Shown here: piece after piece, positions 10,925 to 21,073 of the stretch
Layout: the number at the start of each line of letters is the position of its first letter
Numbering within the stretch: the stretch's first letter is position 1
Source of the DNA: a plasmid
Sequence record: NZ_CP137560.1
Length of the DNA: 64,000 bases
Reading direction: 5' to 3' (one strand)
Program-made: the position numbers and the translations under genes
Notes under the pieces: model-generated
The model's database searches: none
The model's input: only the letters and a program-made list of their open reading frames with translations
What the model was told of the DNA's origin: nothing

Positions 10925-13900
10925 TCACAGATTATACCATTGTTGCTTAGAGATAGTCTGTCTCTTTTGTTCACCATCAATGGTGGCAATAACAACCTTC
11001 ACTTTAGGATTTTCCTTGTCTGAGGTAATTCTTACCTTTTCCACACGGCTCAAATCTATGCCTTTTGTGTTTGGCATAATGAGTTCCTGCTTGGAATCAG
11101 GATAGGTTGAAGCCATCTCATAATATTTCCGTGCCAAGGCATTATGCATCTGATTCTTATTTTCCTTGCCCATGACACTGAAATATGAGTTGAGATGTTC
11201 CTTCATCGGATAGACGGAGAAGGATGGCTCATTCTCAGGTTTAATAAAGAATGCATACTTGCCCATATGATCCTGGATTGCCTGGAACTTCAATATTTTG
11301 GTCTCTTGCTTCTCGTTGACCTTACTCGCCACATCAATAGTCTGGTTGGTAAGCAGCGTATATTGTTTGAGTCTGCTCACGGTAACCTCCTTGTCCTTGT
11401 AGTAGCTGTTTGGCTGTTTCAAAGCAAGGCTACCGCCTGCATTGTAGAAGCTCACCTCTTTGATTCCTTCTTTTCCAAGAGCGATACCAACACGTCTTTT
11501 ATTCATACCAGGAACCTCATTGTTTACCTGCAAAGATGCACCAGCAGGCAATATGACATCGGCGGTCTTGTTCTGTCTATCCATGACCACCACAAGTTCC
11601 TTGGTGTCAATGCTAGGTAACTTGTTGAGTTCACGAGATATGGAAAAATCATTAGAGCAAGAGAGCAAGTCTTTGTTAGGCAGTTCTCCCTTAATCGCCT
11701 CATAATTTACCTTTCTGCTAGCCATGAGGTTGTCAATGGTCTCAAGGGCATTGTTAACATCCCTCTCAAGGATACCTACCAGTTTGCTATTCTCCTTGAT
11801 TTCTCGCTCCCAGTAAGGAATCTGCTTTTGACTTTCTTGGGAGAAGGTAGCCGGTAATCCCTGACGAGCCATCATCACACCTGCCGTAAGTTCTCTGACT
11901 AGCAACTCATGCTTGGCATCATCAGCTGGCAAAAGATTATTTCTGCCTGTGCGGTCCAATCTATGTTCATGACCAGTAGAACCCACAACGGCACGATAGA
12001 TATCATTGGCTTTAAGGATGGCTTTAACCTCCTCATTACCGCCCTTTGGACTCATGCCGCTGACAATGATCTTGTCCTGGACTTTATCATATTGTGCATC
12101 TTGCAACACCATAACTCTCTCATACCCAATACCAGATGACTTCGCAACCTGCGATGCCGTTTGATAGGCAGTGGACAAGATTTTCTGAGCAGAAGGAACG
12201 TCCTTGCTCATCTTTGCGACATCTTGACCATCATTCATGGCAATGCGATTACCTGCTCTGATAAGTTTTGGCAAGCAATTATCCAATGCATGATAAGGAA
12301 AGGCTGCATAGCTTATCTTTTTTCCACCCACATCCTTGGTGGATGCAGGAAGGCCAAGGACTTTTCCCATCACATCTGCCTTCTCTCCATAAGTCTCATA
12401 GAAATCCTTGTTTCTGATGAGGATAATGGCATCAGGATGTTTCTTCTCTTGCTCCATGACATATGAAACGGCAGTCTCAGCAGAAAGCTCTTTTGCATGA
12501 TCTTTACTGAAATTCTTGATCTGCTCTCCTTTTTCACGGACCAAAGAGCCATAACCTTCCACATCATTTGCAGGCATGACCGTCTGGTCTATGTTATACA
12601 TATGGAAACGCTGACGAGTAGCATGAATCGCGTAATTGGTCTTTTCTGCATCACTCAATTCTGCATATTGCTCCTTTGAAATTGTATCGTTTGGATTAGT
12701 CACGTTTTGGTATTCCCATTTTGTCCAGTTGAAAGGCAATGATGTCTGTCCTCTCATCACCGGCATATCGTTATCCTTGGCAGGGTTAAAAGAGGTGTAA
12801 ACATTGGTCTTATAACCTTGCAAGTCAGAGTTCAAGTTCATCATCAGGTTGTTGAACGGCGTAATAGGCTTCTTGAAATGCAAGAACTCAGCATTGCTTT
12901 TACCCTTACCATTCATCCAAACTCCATCATGAGACTTGGCCATTTCGAGTGCACCAAGAAGAATGGATGCATGGGTAGCAGCTTTAGCTGTACTAATCTG
13001 TTCATCTTTAGCTGTCTCCTCACTTACCTTTGGTAAAACATCTTGCTTTGCCTCCTTTTCCACTTGGTGATAAGCTGCATGTTGCTCATCATCAGAGATT
13101 GCCTTGGCTTCTTTCTCAGCCACGTGCATAGGTACTCCAGTGTGGGCAATCTGTTCTGCTTTACCTGCAACATCGGTTTGGATGTTACTATCCTCATGGG
13201 CCGGCTGTTCTTCTTGATGTTGAGAGTTCTCTGGCTTTTCCTCCATAACCGCTTCTTCCTCAACCGTCTGATATTCGGGCATTTCAGAAAGGTTATCAAT
13301 GACAGCATCCAAATTTCTCTCCCAAGTAGCTCCATGATCATATGGGAAACTGTGCTTTACCATGAGTCCGATATTGCTCACGGTACCCACGTCAATGGAA
13401 TCCTTCTCCTTGTTATATTCAAAATGAAGGAGGTCTCCATTTGGCATGGTGAATGCAGGTGTTTTATCTCTGAGTTTTAGTGTCATCTCTTCCTCGGCCA
13501 TGTTCTTGGCTACCTCCACTACTGCTTCAGAGGCATCTTTCTCCAATCCATAGCTATCGATGGACATTCTCAGATCATTCTCACTCACTCTGCGAAGTAG
13601 TTCATAGGTACCACCCACACTGTTGTTATATACTACTGCGTAGTTTTCATTTTCCGCTAACAAGCTATCACCTGAATTACTTGTTGCACTTTTAGTGATT
13701 TGGGACTGTGTTAGAGCATCACCAGGGTCATACTCTTGAGCCAGATTGAGCAACTGATCCCATTTCTCTTTAGTATTCAAGTCATCGAACTCCTGAGTAT
13801 CATCAGTACTCTGCAAATACTGGTATGAGAAGTAATACGGCTTACCCTGTTGAGTATCCTTTATTTCATGCGAGTTATTCTTAGAATCGTTCATATTCTG

Positions 13901-15301
13901 TTCTTTGTTCGTATTTTGTTCTGTCACTATGTTTGGAAGAAGGGAAGCTCCTGCCGTCAAAAGCTGCTCATCTGTAGCATTTTGAATCCATGAGCCAAAT
14001 ACTTCATGCTCCTTATAATAGTCTCGCAGTTCTGATAGACTTTTGACCTGTAAGACGGTATGCTCACTGTTCTTGTCAGAAACTATGTTATGGATAAGTG
14101 CCGTAAAATGGTTCTCAGCTGGACTGACCGAAGATACTTGTGTTTCTTGTGGGGCATCTTTTTCCTGAGAAATCTGGTCAAGTTTGATTTGCTCAAACTG
14201 TTCCTTATTCTTGAGCTGTTCCTCAATACCATCGAGGTTACCTTCCATAAGTGGCTTTTCACCCAACTTTACCTTCTGCTTATCAATCTCTTCCAAAATC
14301 ATTCGAGAAGCCTTGTTGACATCGGACATGACTGTGACGATATACTTTGGCTCTTCACGCAATTTTTGTATCCACCAATCTACATAAGCTGCATTATTGT
14401 CTGAGATTCTATTGGAAAATCCCATCGCATTGCCGATGACAAAGGCAGTAGTCTCTGCCACAAGTTCTTCTTTAGCATATTCCTGCGAACCGAACTGAGC
14501 TTCTGGCAAACGGTCAAGTCTACTAGAATGTCCCGTGGAGTGCGCCATTTCGTGCATAGCAGAGGAATAATACTCCTGTCCATCCATGAAGATTTCCTCA
14601 AGTTCATCGTGAATGTTGAACTGTGCCTTCATAGGCACCACAATAGAGTCTTTCTTCGCATTGTAAACAGCTCCCTTTGCCTCTTGATCCACTTGGATAG
14701 GACAAAGCCATTCCTGTTTGTCAAACATACGATCAAGAGCTTCATTCTTATACATACCCTTATCATCCTTGATAGGCGGGAATTGGAATCGGGAGAGGAT
14801 GGCTTGGTATTTCTCGTTATTATCCTCTTCAAAAGTGGTTTGGTCTATGTTCCATTCGTTGAAAACCTTCAAATAGGGACGTACTTGACATTTGTTTTGC
14901 TCATCCTTGGATAAGTCACGAAAAGCATCCTCAGACAAACGCTTTCCATTTTCATCCTTGATATTGAGTCCCCACTTGAATACAGGAACAGAATGCTCAC
15001 CTTTTTTTATATGAACACCATTCTCCTTCATCTGTGTTCTCGTCATGTAGACTGGAACATGGAAACCCCTCATGGAAGTGTGAACCTGAAGCAAAAAGGC
15101 ATTGCCACCTACATAAGTTCTGCCAGTGATGTTCTGCGGAAGGCCACCAAAGCCATGTGAACCTTCTGTCCATCCTTGTTCCCAGTCCTTTTTTTTGCTG
15201 TTTTCCAAACGCTGAATCATCAGGTCGGCGAACTTTTGGATGGCACGGTCGATTCGGGTGCCTTCCGTTTCCTCTTGTTTGTTGATTTCTTTGTTATCCA
15301 T
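10925..15301 (-). CDS. ArdC-like (DUF1738 ssDNA-binding plus zincin-like HExxH metallopeptidase) giant conjugative-element protein, 1458 aa, with a second ArdC-N-like repeat
   Basis: N-terminal ...GGNAFLLQVH...HVPVYMTRTQMKENGVHIKKGEHS matches the ArdC N domain. HEMAHSTGH is a zincin motif. A second ArdC-N-like segment (NNLMMNLNSDLQGYKTNVYTSFNPAKDNDMPVMRGQ) follows. Confidence 0.7.
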   Translation of the reverse strand: MDNKEINKQEETEGTRIDRAIQKFADLMIQRLENSKKKDWEQGWTEGSHGFGGLPQNITGRTYVGGNAFLLQVHTSMRGFHVPVYMTRTQMKENGVHIKKGEHSVPVFKWGLNIKDENGKRLSEDAFRDLSKDEQNKCQVRPYLKVFNEWNIDQTTFEEDNNEKYQAILSRFQFPPIKDDKGMYKNEALDRMFDKQEWLCPIQVDQEAKGAVYNAKKDSIVVPMKAQFNIHDELEEIFMDGQEYYSSAMHEMAHSTGHSSRLDRLPEAQFGSQEYAKEELVAETTAFVIGNAMGFSNRISDNNAAYVDWWIQKLREEPKYIVTVMSDVNKASRMILEEIDKQKVKLGEKPLMEGNLDGIEEQLKNKEQFEQIKLDQISQEKDAPQETQVSSVSPAENHFTALIHNIVSDKNSEHTVLQVKSLSELRDYYKEHEVFGSWIQNATDEQLLTAGASLLPNIVTEQNTNKEQNMNDSKNNSHEIKDTQQGKPYYFSYQYLQSTDDTQEFDDLNTKEKWDQLLNLAQEYDPGDALTQSQITKSATSNSGDSLLAENENYAVVYNNSVGGTYELLRRVSENDLRMSIDSYGLEKDASEAVVEVAKNMAEEEMTLKLRDKTPAFTMPNGDLLHFEYNKEKDSIDVGTVSNIGLMVKHSFPYDHGATWERNLDAVIDNLSEMPEYQTVEEEAVMEEKPENSQHQEEQPAHEDSNIQTDVAGKAEQIAHTGVPMHVAEKEAKAISDDEQHAAYHQVEKEAKQDVLPKVSEETAKDEQISTAKAATHASILLGALEMAKSHDGVWMNGKGKSNAEFLHFKKPITPFNNLMMNLNSDLQGYKTNVYTSFNPAKDNDMPVMRGQTSLPFNWTKWEYQNVTNPNDTISKEQYAELSDAEKTNYAIHATRQRFHMYNIDQTVMPANDVEGYGSLVREKGEQIKNFSKDHAKELSAETAVSYVMEQEKKHPDAIILIRNKDFYETYGEKADVMGKVLGLPASTKDVGGKKISYAAFPYHALDNCLPKLIRAGNRIAMNDGQDVAKMSKDVPSAQKILSTAYQTASQVAKSSGIGYERVMVLQDAQYDKVQDKIIVSGMSPKGGNEEVKAILKANDIYRAVVGSTGHEHRLDRTGRNNLLPADDAKHELLVRELTAGVMMARQGLPATFSQESQKQIPYWEREIKENSKLVGILERDVNNALETIDNLMASRKVNYEAIKGELPNKDLLSCSNDFSISRELNKLPSIDTKELVVVMDRQNKTADVILPAGASLQVNNEVPGMNKRRVGIALGKEGIKEVSFYNAGGSLALKQPNSYYKDKEVTVSRLKQYTLLTNQTIDVASKVNEKQETKILKFQAIQDHMGKYAFFIKPENEPSFSVYPMKEHLNSYFSVMGKENKNQMHNALARKYYEMASTYPDSKQELIMPNTKGIDLSRVEKVRITSDKENPKVKVVIATIDGEQKRQTISKQQWYNL

Positions 15302-15961
15302 ATTGAATTATTGATAGTTATACAGCTTTTTGGGTACAAAGTAAATGAAATCCATTAGGATAGAGACAATTGGAAAAATTGAATTTTATTTTTAACTTAA
15401 ATCGGGCATTTTACGGCAAAAATCGTCTGAAAAGTGTTAAAAAGGAATGATAATTGATGATTTCTTATAATTAGGCAATAACATCGGAGTTGACCCAAAT
15501 ACCTAAAAAAATGAGCAACCTAATTAGGCTGCTCATTTTCATTATATGAGTCCCATTAAAAGGGGGGCTCAATATATTATAATTAATTGTTATCGTCTGT
15601 TATTACCAAACGGGGCTGATACTGCATTCTTCGTTGTATTTTCCATTATATATATCATAAAATTTGCTTGCGAACATGAGACACCATATCTTGCCTTTCC
15701 CTTTCTGTGTGGATGTCCAGTACATTCCCGTTTCATTCTTCTTGAAAACTTCACTACAGGTGAATTTACATCCAGAGGCAGAAAAATATATGGTTTCCAT
15801 TAGGACCGATTACGCGATATCCGTAAATGAATTTTTGTCGTTTTACAAGCAAAATCCCACGAAACCCTATAGGTTGCGGATTTGAGGTTAATAATCATTT
15901 TTCGTGTCCACTTTGGTGAGCTGCTACAATGGTTATTATTGTGATAAAACTCTCAAACATC

Positions 15962-16042
15962 CAAATTTCGTATTTTCAAAGGATTTTGCAATATGAATTT
16001 GCGTATTTTCGTATATTTCATGGAAATAAATTTGCGTATTTT
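15962..16042. repeat. three direct copies of AATTT(C/G)CGTATTTTC upstream of the AAA ATPase gene
   Basis: Copies at 15962-15976, 15995-16009 and 16027-16042, read directly from the sequence. Confidence 0.5.
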
Positions 16043-16120
16043 CAATATCATTCGTATCTTTGCACTGCGTAAGTATCAAATAGTCAGTAACTTTTATATA
16101 AAAAATAAAGAAAAGAATAT

Positions 16121-17452
16121 ATGAATAGAATATTTAAGCGCAAATTGTATGATAGATTGCTTCAATGGAAGGCTACAAGGGATGGTAAAACTGCTATTCT
16201 TGTAGAGGGGGCACGCCGTGTAGGTAAGTCTACTTTGGTGGAACAGTTTGCACAAAAAGAGTATGAATCATACATCCTTATAGACTTCAATAAGGCATCA
16301 AAACGAGTTGTTTCCTTGTTTGATGATTTGATGGATATTGATTTTATCTTCCTTCAGTTGCAAACCATATATAAAACCATCTTGACCAATAGGCGTTCTG
16401 TCATCATCTTTGATGAAGTTCAGTCTTGTCCTAAGGCAAGACAAGCCATCAAGTATTTGGTGGCTGATGGGCGTTATGACTACATTGAGACGGGCTCGCT
16501 TATCAGTATTACTAAGAATACAAAAAACATCACTATTCCCAGTGAGGAAGAACGGGTTGCCTTGTATCCTATGGATTATGAAGAGTTCAGATGGGCATTG
16601 GGTGATTACGCTTCTATACCTCTTCTAAAGCAGTTCTTCGACAAACGCCTGTCACTCGGACAAGCCCATAGAGACAAGATGAGAGAACTCCGGCTATATG
16701 CACTCATAGGAGGGATGCCACAAGCTGTAAACGAATATCTGGTGTCGAATAATCTGAGTATGGTGGATCTCGTGAAACGTGATATCATTCGTCTGTATCT
16801 CGATGATTTCCAAAAGATAGATCCTTCGCGTAGAATAGAGCAATTGTTTAAGAATATTCCTGCTCAGTTGTCTCAAAATAGCAATCGTTATAAGCCATAT
16901 TCAGTCTTAGGAAATGTGGAGGATCACAAGCTGCAGGGGCTGTTGCGAGAGATGGAGGATAGCAAGACCGTATTGTTTGCCAGTCATGCCAATGAGCCTA
17001 ATGTAGGTATGTCGCTTCATAAAGATACCAATAAGTTCAAGCTCTTCTGTGCAGACACAGGCCTTTTTATAACTCTGGCGTTTTGGGACAAGGAATTTAC
17101 AGATAATGTCATCTACGATAAGCTACTAGGCGATAAGTTGAGTGCCAATTTAGGTTATGTATATGAGAACTTAGTGGCACAGATGCTGACGGCTTCTGGC
17201 AATGAACTTTTTTACTACACTTGGCCTAAGGATGCTACTCACAATTATGAGATAGACTTTTTGGTGTCTCGTGGTTCCAAGATTTGTCCGATAGAGGTTA
17301 AATCTTCGGGGTATAAGTCGCATGCCTCACTTGATGCCTTTAGTGAGAAGTTCTCGAAAGTTGTCTTGCAAAAATACCTGTTTTATGGCAAGGATTTGCA
17401 GAAGGATGGCAACACTCTTTTGCTACCATTCTATATGACTCCTTTCGTCTAA
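16121..17452 (+). CDS. AAA+ ATPase, DUF4143-type (AAA_14 N-terminal, DUF4143 C-terminal)
   Basis: Walker A GARRVGKST and Walker B IIFDEVQ are present. The overall layout is that of the widespread Bacteroidales ATP-binding protein family. Confidence 0.8.
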   Translation: MNRIFKRKLYDRLLQWKATRDGKTAILVEGARRVGKSTLVEQFAQKEYESYILIDFNKASKRVVSLFDDLMDIDFIFLQLQTIYKTILTNRRSVIIFDEVQSCPKARQAIKYLVADGRYDYIETGSLISITKNTKNITIPSEEERVALYPMDYEEFRWALGDYASIPLLKQFFDKRLSLGQAHRDKMRELRLYALIGGMPQAVNEYLVSNNLSMVDLVKRDIIRLYLDDFQKIDPSRRIEQLFKNIPAQLSQNSNRYKPYSVLGNVEDHKLQGLLREMEDSKTVLFASHANEPNVGMSLHKDTNKFKLFCADTGLFITLAFWDKEFTDNVIYDKLLGDKLSANLGYVYENLVAQMLTASGNELFYYTWPKDATHNYEIDFLVSRGSKICPIEVKSSGYKSHASLDAFSEKFSKVVLQKYLFYGKDLQKDGNTLLLPFYMTPFV

Positions 17453-17819
17453 ATCCAAAAGAAAGTGTTAAGTCTTGAGCCCATTTAAAAAGTCATTTTT
17501 ACGAAAATGTGCTATTGATTGTCAATAAGTTACAAAGACAAAAAATATGATTCGGGACTTTTTCAATTGGACTCAGTTTAAAATAATATAGTACCTTTGC
17601 GTAGTCAAAATCTATGTTGTGTAGAAATCAAAAGAATCCTTTGTGGATAAGTTTTTCTGATGTGAAGCCAACATAATTGACTACGCAACATATTAAATAT
17701 TATGTTGTACACAACATAACAACTCAATATGAACGAACACATCGGTCTGATTGTTGTATGAAAAAAAAGAGAGGCAATAGGTTTCTTGATTACAGCCTAT
17801 GACTCTCTTCTTATTTTGA

Positions 17820-19898
17820 TTATCTAATACCCATAACCTTGGTGTTGGATTCTTCTTTGTTGAGCGTTCTGTCAAACTCTCTTTCAGCTAAAGCCTGGTT
17901 CTCATCATGTTTTTTGAGAACGGCATTTGATAAGGTTGAAAGAGGCAAATAGCCTTTTTCATAAGCATCAATGGCATTTTCAGAAATACCAATGACGCAG
18001 GGCTTACCATCAATATTAGCTATCATTGAGCCTCCCTTTATAACTGGTGAAGTGATGCGAGGATTCAATGATTCTTCCTCATATTGCTTATATGTTTTTC
18101 TTGGCTCACTACTTGTCCTGGCCTGACCAAGAGCAGCATGCCCTGCATTATTGAGCAAGTTGGCTCCGCCGAATCCCAACAAAAGCATTTTGAGCAATGG
18201 ATTCTTGATGAACAAGCCACCGAATATGGAAGCCAAAGGTAATAAGTTGTCCTCTAACTGCAGGTTAGGATTCTTACCCGTAAACATACCAATAATCATG
18301 TCAGGGAGCATGGCAAGTACATAGCCTAAATTCTTGGTCACATCACTAAAGTCAGACAAACCTGCATGTTGCAAGGCATTTCCCCAGCCCTCTGTCAACT
18401 CCGTTGGAAAGGCACTAAAAATACCATTACCAGCATCAAGAGTGTTTGGAGTTTGAGAGAAAGGCGAGTTCTGTACCGCTGAAAAGGAAGGTGTATAACC
18501 AGAGTTATTTGTGTTAGTTGGGCCTGGCATATTGTTTTGCTGATTGAAACTATCCATATTTGGATCTCTATTATCATTTTTTTTAGCCCTTGCTGTATAT
18601 GAACCTTGCCTTTTCTCACAAACTTGTGCTGCTGCAGCGTAGTCATAGGCTCGTTGGCTCACTTGCTTGAGAGTCATTCTTTTACCTCCAATACTTATCC
18701 ATGCCTTACTTTCTCTGGACATTTCCATCGCAATGGAATAAAATCCTGATGCACATTGCTGGCATCTTTTCGTCCCAAGCTTGAGCATCCATTGAGGAAC
18801 CTTGCTAGAAGCATCGAATGGAATAGCCTGTTTTGAAAAACTCGTTCTTATCATGTTTAGCAATTTGCCAGTTTGATTCTTATGCTGGCTATAAACATGA
18901 TCCATATCCTTTTTGGTTCTATCAGAGAAGGATGGGATAAAGGTCTTGATTTTTCTTTCAAGTTGACCATTGAGTTTGTATATCCCTACAGTATTGGCAC
19001 GCTTGATATTATCACTTCCTTCTTGGATGTGCCTCTGAGCATCCTGATCACCTAACAAATTCTTACAATCCTCTTTGGCATATTTCTCGTTTTGCCATGT
19101 ATTTTCATGGTGGATGGCAAAGCCCGTCCTTAATCCGCCATCTATTACGGCTCCACTCCAAGCTGAGTTTAAAAATGCTGCTGCTTTAGGTGTAACGTTG
19201 ATGCCAGCTTTGGTGGCACCTTTCACCAGAAGTGAACTACCGCTGCCATATCCACCTGTCAAGCCAGCATCTATCATCATGGATCCCCCTATGGCAGTTG
19301 CTTTTTCGGCGATGTTGGGGCTATAGATATCATCCGCTTTTTTCTCAATGGTATCATCCAATTCTCCTTTTTTAGGGCCAATACTGGGCAATAACCCCAA
19401 AAGGCTATCTTCCATGGCTCTCTTAGCGATATAGGCAGCACTGTTTTTGGGGACTTGCTCCCTTGCCAGTTGTTCAACGATAAGACCTTGGAATCTATTG
19501 GCAACATATTTTTCTGCAAATACAGCCAGCTTTTCATTTTCCTTGCCTCCATGCATTCTGACCAACTCCCTATAGAAAGAGTTGAGAAAAGTTTGATAGT
19601 CCTTGGCGAACTTAGTATCCTTTCCCCATCTATCCTTGCAAAACTTAATCACATCATCTGAAGACTTCTTATACCATTTACCTGCAGCCTTAAGCTGCAG
19701 GTCCGTATTTTGAAGTTGTACATTCACAGGAACAAAGGGTGAGGCATTCTTTTGAAGTTGCTCAGTAAATTCCTTAATCTGATTATGCTTAAGCTGTCGG
19801 GTTTCCTTGATAAGCGTAGGCGCCAAGTACTTGCTAAAGTACTGGCGCATGCAATAGTCAATCTCCGATAAATTCTTGTAATCGTAGTCCTTTGCCAT
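17820..19898 (-). CDS. hypothetical protein (692 aa), Gly/Ser-rich central region; last gene of a compact minus-strand operon
   Basis: Long ORF, tightly packed behind the 94-aa and M23 genes. Confidence 0.4.
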   Translation of the reverse strand: MAKDYDYKNLSEIDYCMRQYFSKYLAPTLIKETRQLKHNQIKEFTEQLQKNASPFVPVNVQLQNTDLQLKAAGKWYKKSSDDVIKFCKDRWGKDTKFAKDYQTFLNSFYRELVRMHGGKENEKLAVFAEKYVANRFQGLIVEQLAREQVPKNSAAYIAKRAMEDSLLGLLPSIGPKKGELDDTIEKKADDIYSPNIAEKATAIGGSMMIDAGLTGGYGSGSSLLVKGATKAGINVTPKAAAFLNSAWSGAVIDGGLRTGFAIHHENTWQNEKYAKEDCKNLLGDQDAQRHIQEGSDNIKRANTVGIYKLNGQLERKIKTFIPSFSDRTKKDMDHVYSQHKNQTGKLLNMIRTSFSKQAIPFDASSKVPQWMLKLGTKRCQQCASGFYSIAMEMSRESKAWISIGGKRMTLKQVSQRAYDYAAAAQVCEKRQGSYTARAKKNDNRDPNMDSFNQQNNMPGPTNTNNSGYTPSFSAVQNSPFSQTPNTLDAGNGIFSAFPTELTEGWGNALQHAGLSDFSDVTKNLGYVLAMLPDMIIGMFTGKNPNLQLEDNLLPLASIFGGLFIKNPLLKMLLLGFGGANLLNNAGHAALGQARTSSEPRKTYKQYEEESLNPRITSPVIKGGSMIANIDGKPCVIGISENAIDAYEKGYLPLSTLSNAVLKKHDENQALAEREFDRTLNKEESNTKVMGIR

Positions 19899-19910
19899 AT
19901 AAAATGGTGT

Positions 19911-20195
19911 TTAAAATGAAAGTAATTGTTGACGTGCCTGCTCAATGGCCTTATGATAGACCGACATTTGCTTAGGATAGAATCGGGTAAGCCAGTCATT
20001 TTGCGAAATCTCGTCATTGATGAACTTGATGGCCAGCATTCGCGTAATCTCAATTGCTTTCTCACCCTTTTCCCTTCCATTGAACCAGGCTTTGGTCCAA
20101 CATCTTCTGCCAGATGAGTCAAAATAGACGTAGGCTTCATGCTTGATATCAAAGCTCTCTACATCTATAGCCAAATCTGAAAGCGGGTCAATCAC
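19911..20195 (-). CDS. hypothetical small protein (94 aa)
   Basis: Its start overlaps the stop of the M23 gene by 1 nt, which suggests translational coupling. Confidence 0.3.
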   Translation of the reverse strand: MIDPLSDLAIDVESFDIKHEAYVYFDSSGRRCWTKAWFNGREKGEKAIEITRMLAIKFINDEISQNDWLTRFYPKQMSVYHKAIEQARQQLLSF

Positions 20196-21043
20196 TAAGC
20201 CGTCTGAGGCAACTTGATCAGAAAGTTTTTTTTTTGAGTTTCTGTCCAGGAAGCAGGGTATGCATCGTGTCGAAGCATCACATAGCTCAAGAAATCCTCA
20301 ATCAAAAGATTTTGTACTTTCTCGGCAAGAGGGACGCTCCTCTCTGATAATCCTAAAGGATTCCCCATATTGGGCATCTTCTCAAAGAGATAATTTCTGT
20401 TGGCTGCCTCTGAGAAAATATGGCGCAGGTGCGTCTGCATTCTCTCTGGTGGCTGATAGCTGCCAGTACGAAGCTCATTCATATAGCTCGGCAGCCATCG
20501 CAACATCATCATGAGAATTTCATCCTGCTCCTTGTCATAGTTTGTCTTGACCTCTTGGTTTCCCAGTTTCTCTGGCTTAGGCATATTGCTAATACCCATC
20601 GCTGCCAGTTGTTGTATGTTAGCCCAAATCATACCCAAGAACTCCATCGGGTCAATGCTCACTCCATCAAATCGTACTTCCAGATGGAGGAACTTGCCGC
20701 TTTTCCCCACTTCCTGACCTGCTCTGATGCTTGTTCCATAAGGACAGTAAGCTTCTTCAACATGACCATACTTTACCTCATACTTTCCGTATTTGGCAAC
20801 AATATAGTTTCCATGGATGGAATCATGTCCAGCACCGATAATCGTACCAGTGGCAATGGCATAAAGACTTTTACCATTCGTTAGTAAATCCACCCCTTGG
20901 TGGTGGAACTGATTTCCATTGGATGGATGTCTTTGCTCACCATATCCCAGCGTGGTCTGCAATTCTTCATCGTCGCCCAGAGCGAAGGGCATCATAAATC
21001 CACTTCCTGACTCCAGGAGCATATCTTGATAATTCTTTTTCAT
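20195..21043 (-). CDS. M23 family metallopeptidase
   Basis: Motifs HHQGVDLLTNGKSLYAIATGTII and GKSGKFLHLEVRFDG match the M23 signature (HxxxD ... HxH). Confidence 0.7.
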   Translation of the reverse strand: MKKNYQDMLLESGSGFMMPFALGDDEELQTTLGYGEQRHPSNGNQFHHQGVDLLTNGKSLYAIATGTIIGAGHDSIHGNYIVAKYGKYEVKYGHVEEAYCPYGTSIRAGQEVGKSGKFLHLEVRFDGVSIDPMEFLGMIWANIQQLAAMGISNMPKPEKLGNQEVKTNYDKEQDEILMMMLRWLPSYMNELRTGSYQPPERMQTHLRHIFSEAANRNYLFEKMPNMGNPLGLSERSVPLAEKVQNLLIEDFLSYVMLRHDAYPASWTETQKKNFLIKLPQTA

Positions 21044-21073
21044 TGTTCTCTAAATTAAATTATTATTCATTGA

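Noticed and set aside
11195-14914. Many 60-145-aa + strand ORFs antisense to the ArdC-like gene
   Set aside because: All sit inside one long minus-strand ORF that has recognisable domains. They are short, hydrophobic and low-complexity, typical of AT-rich antisense frames.
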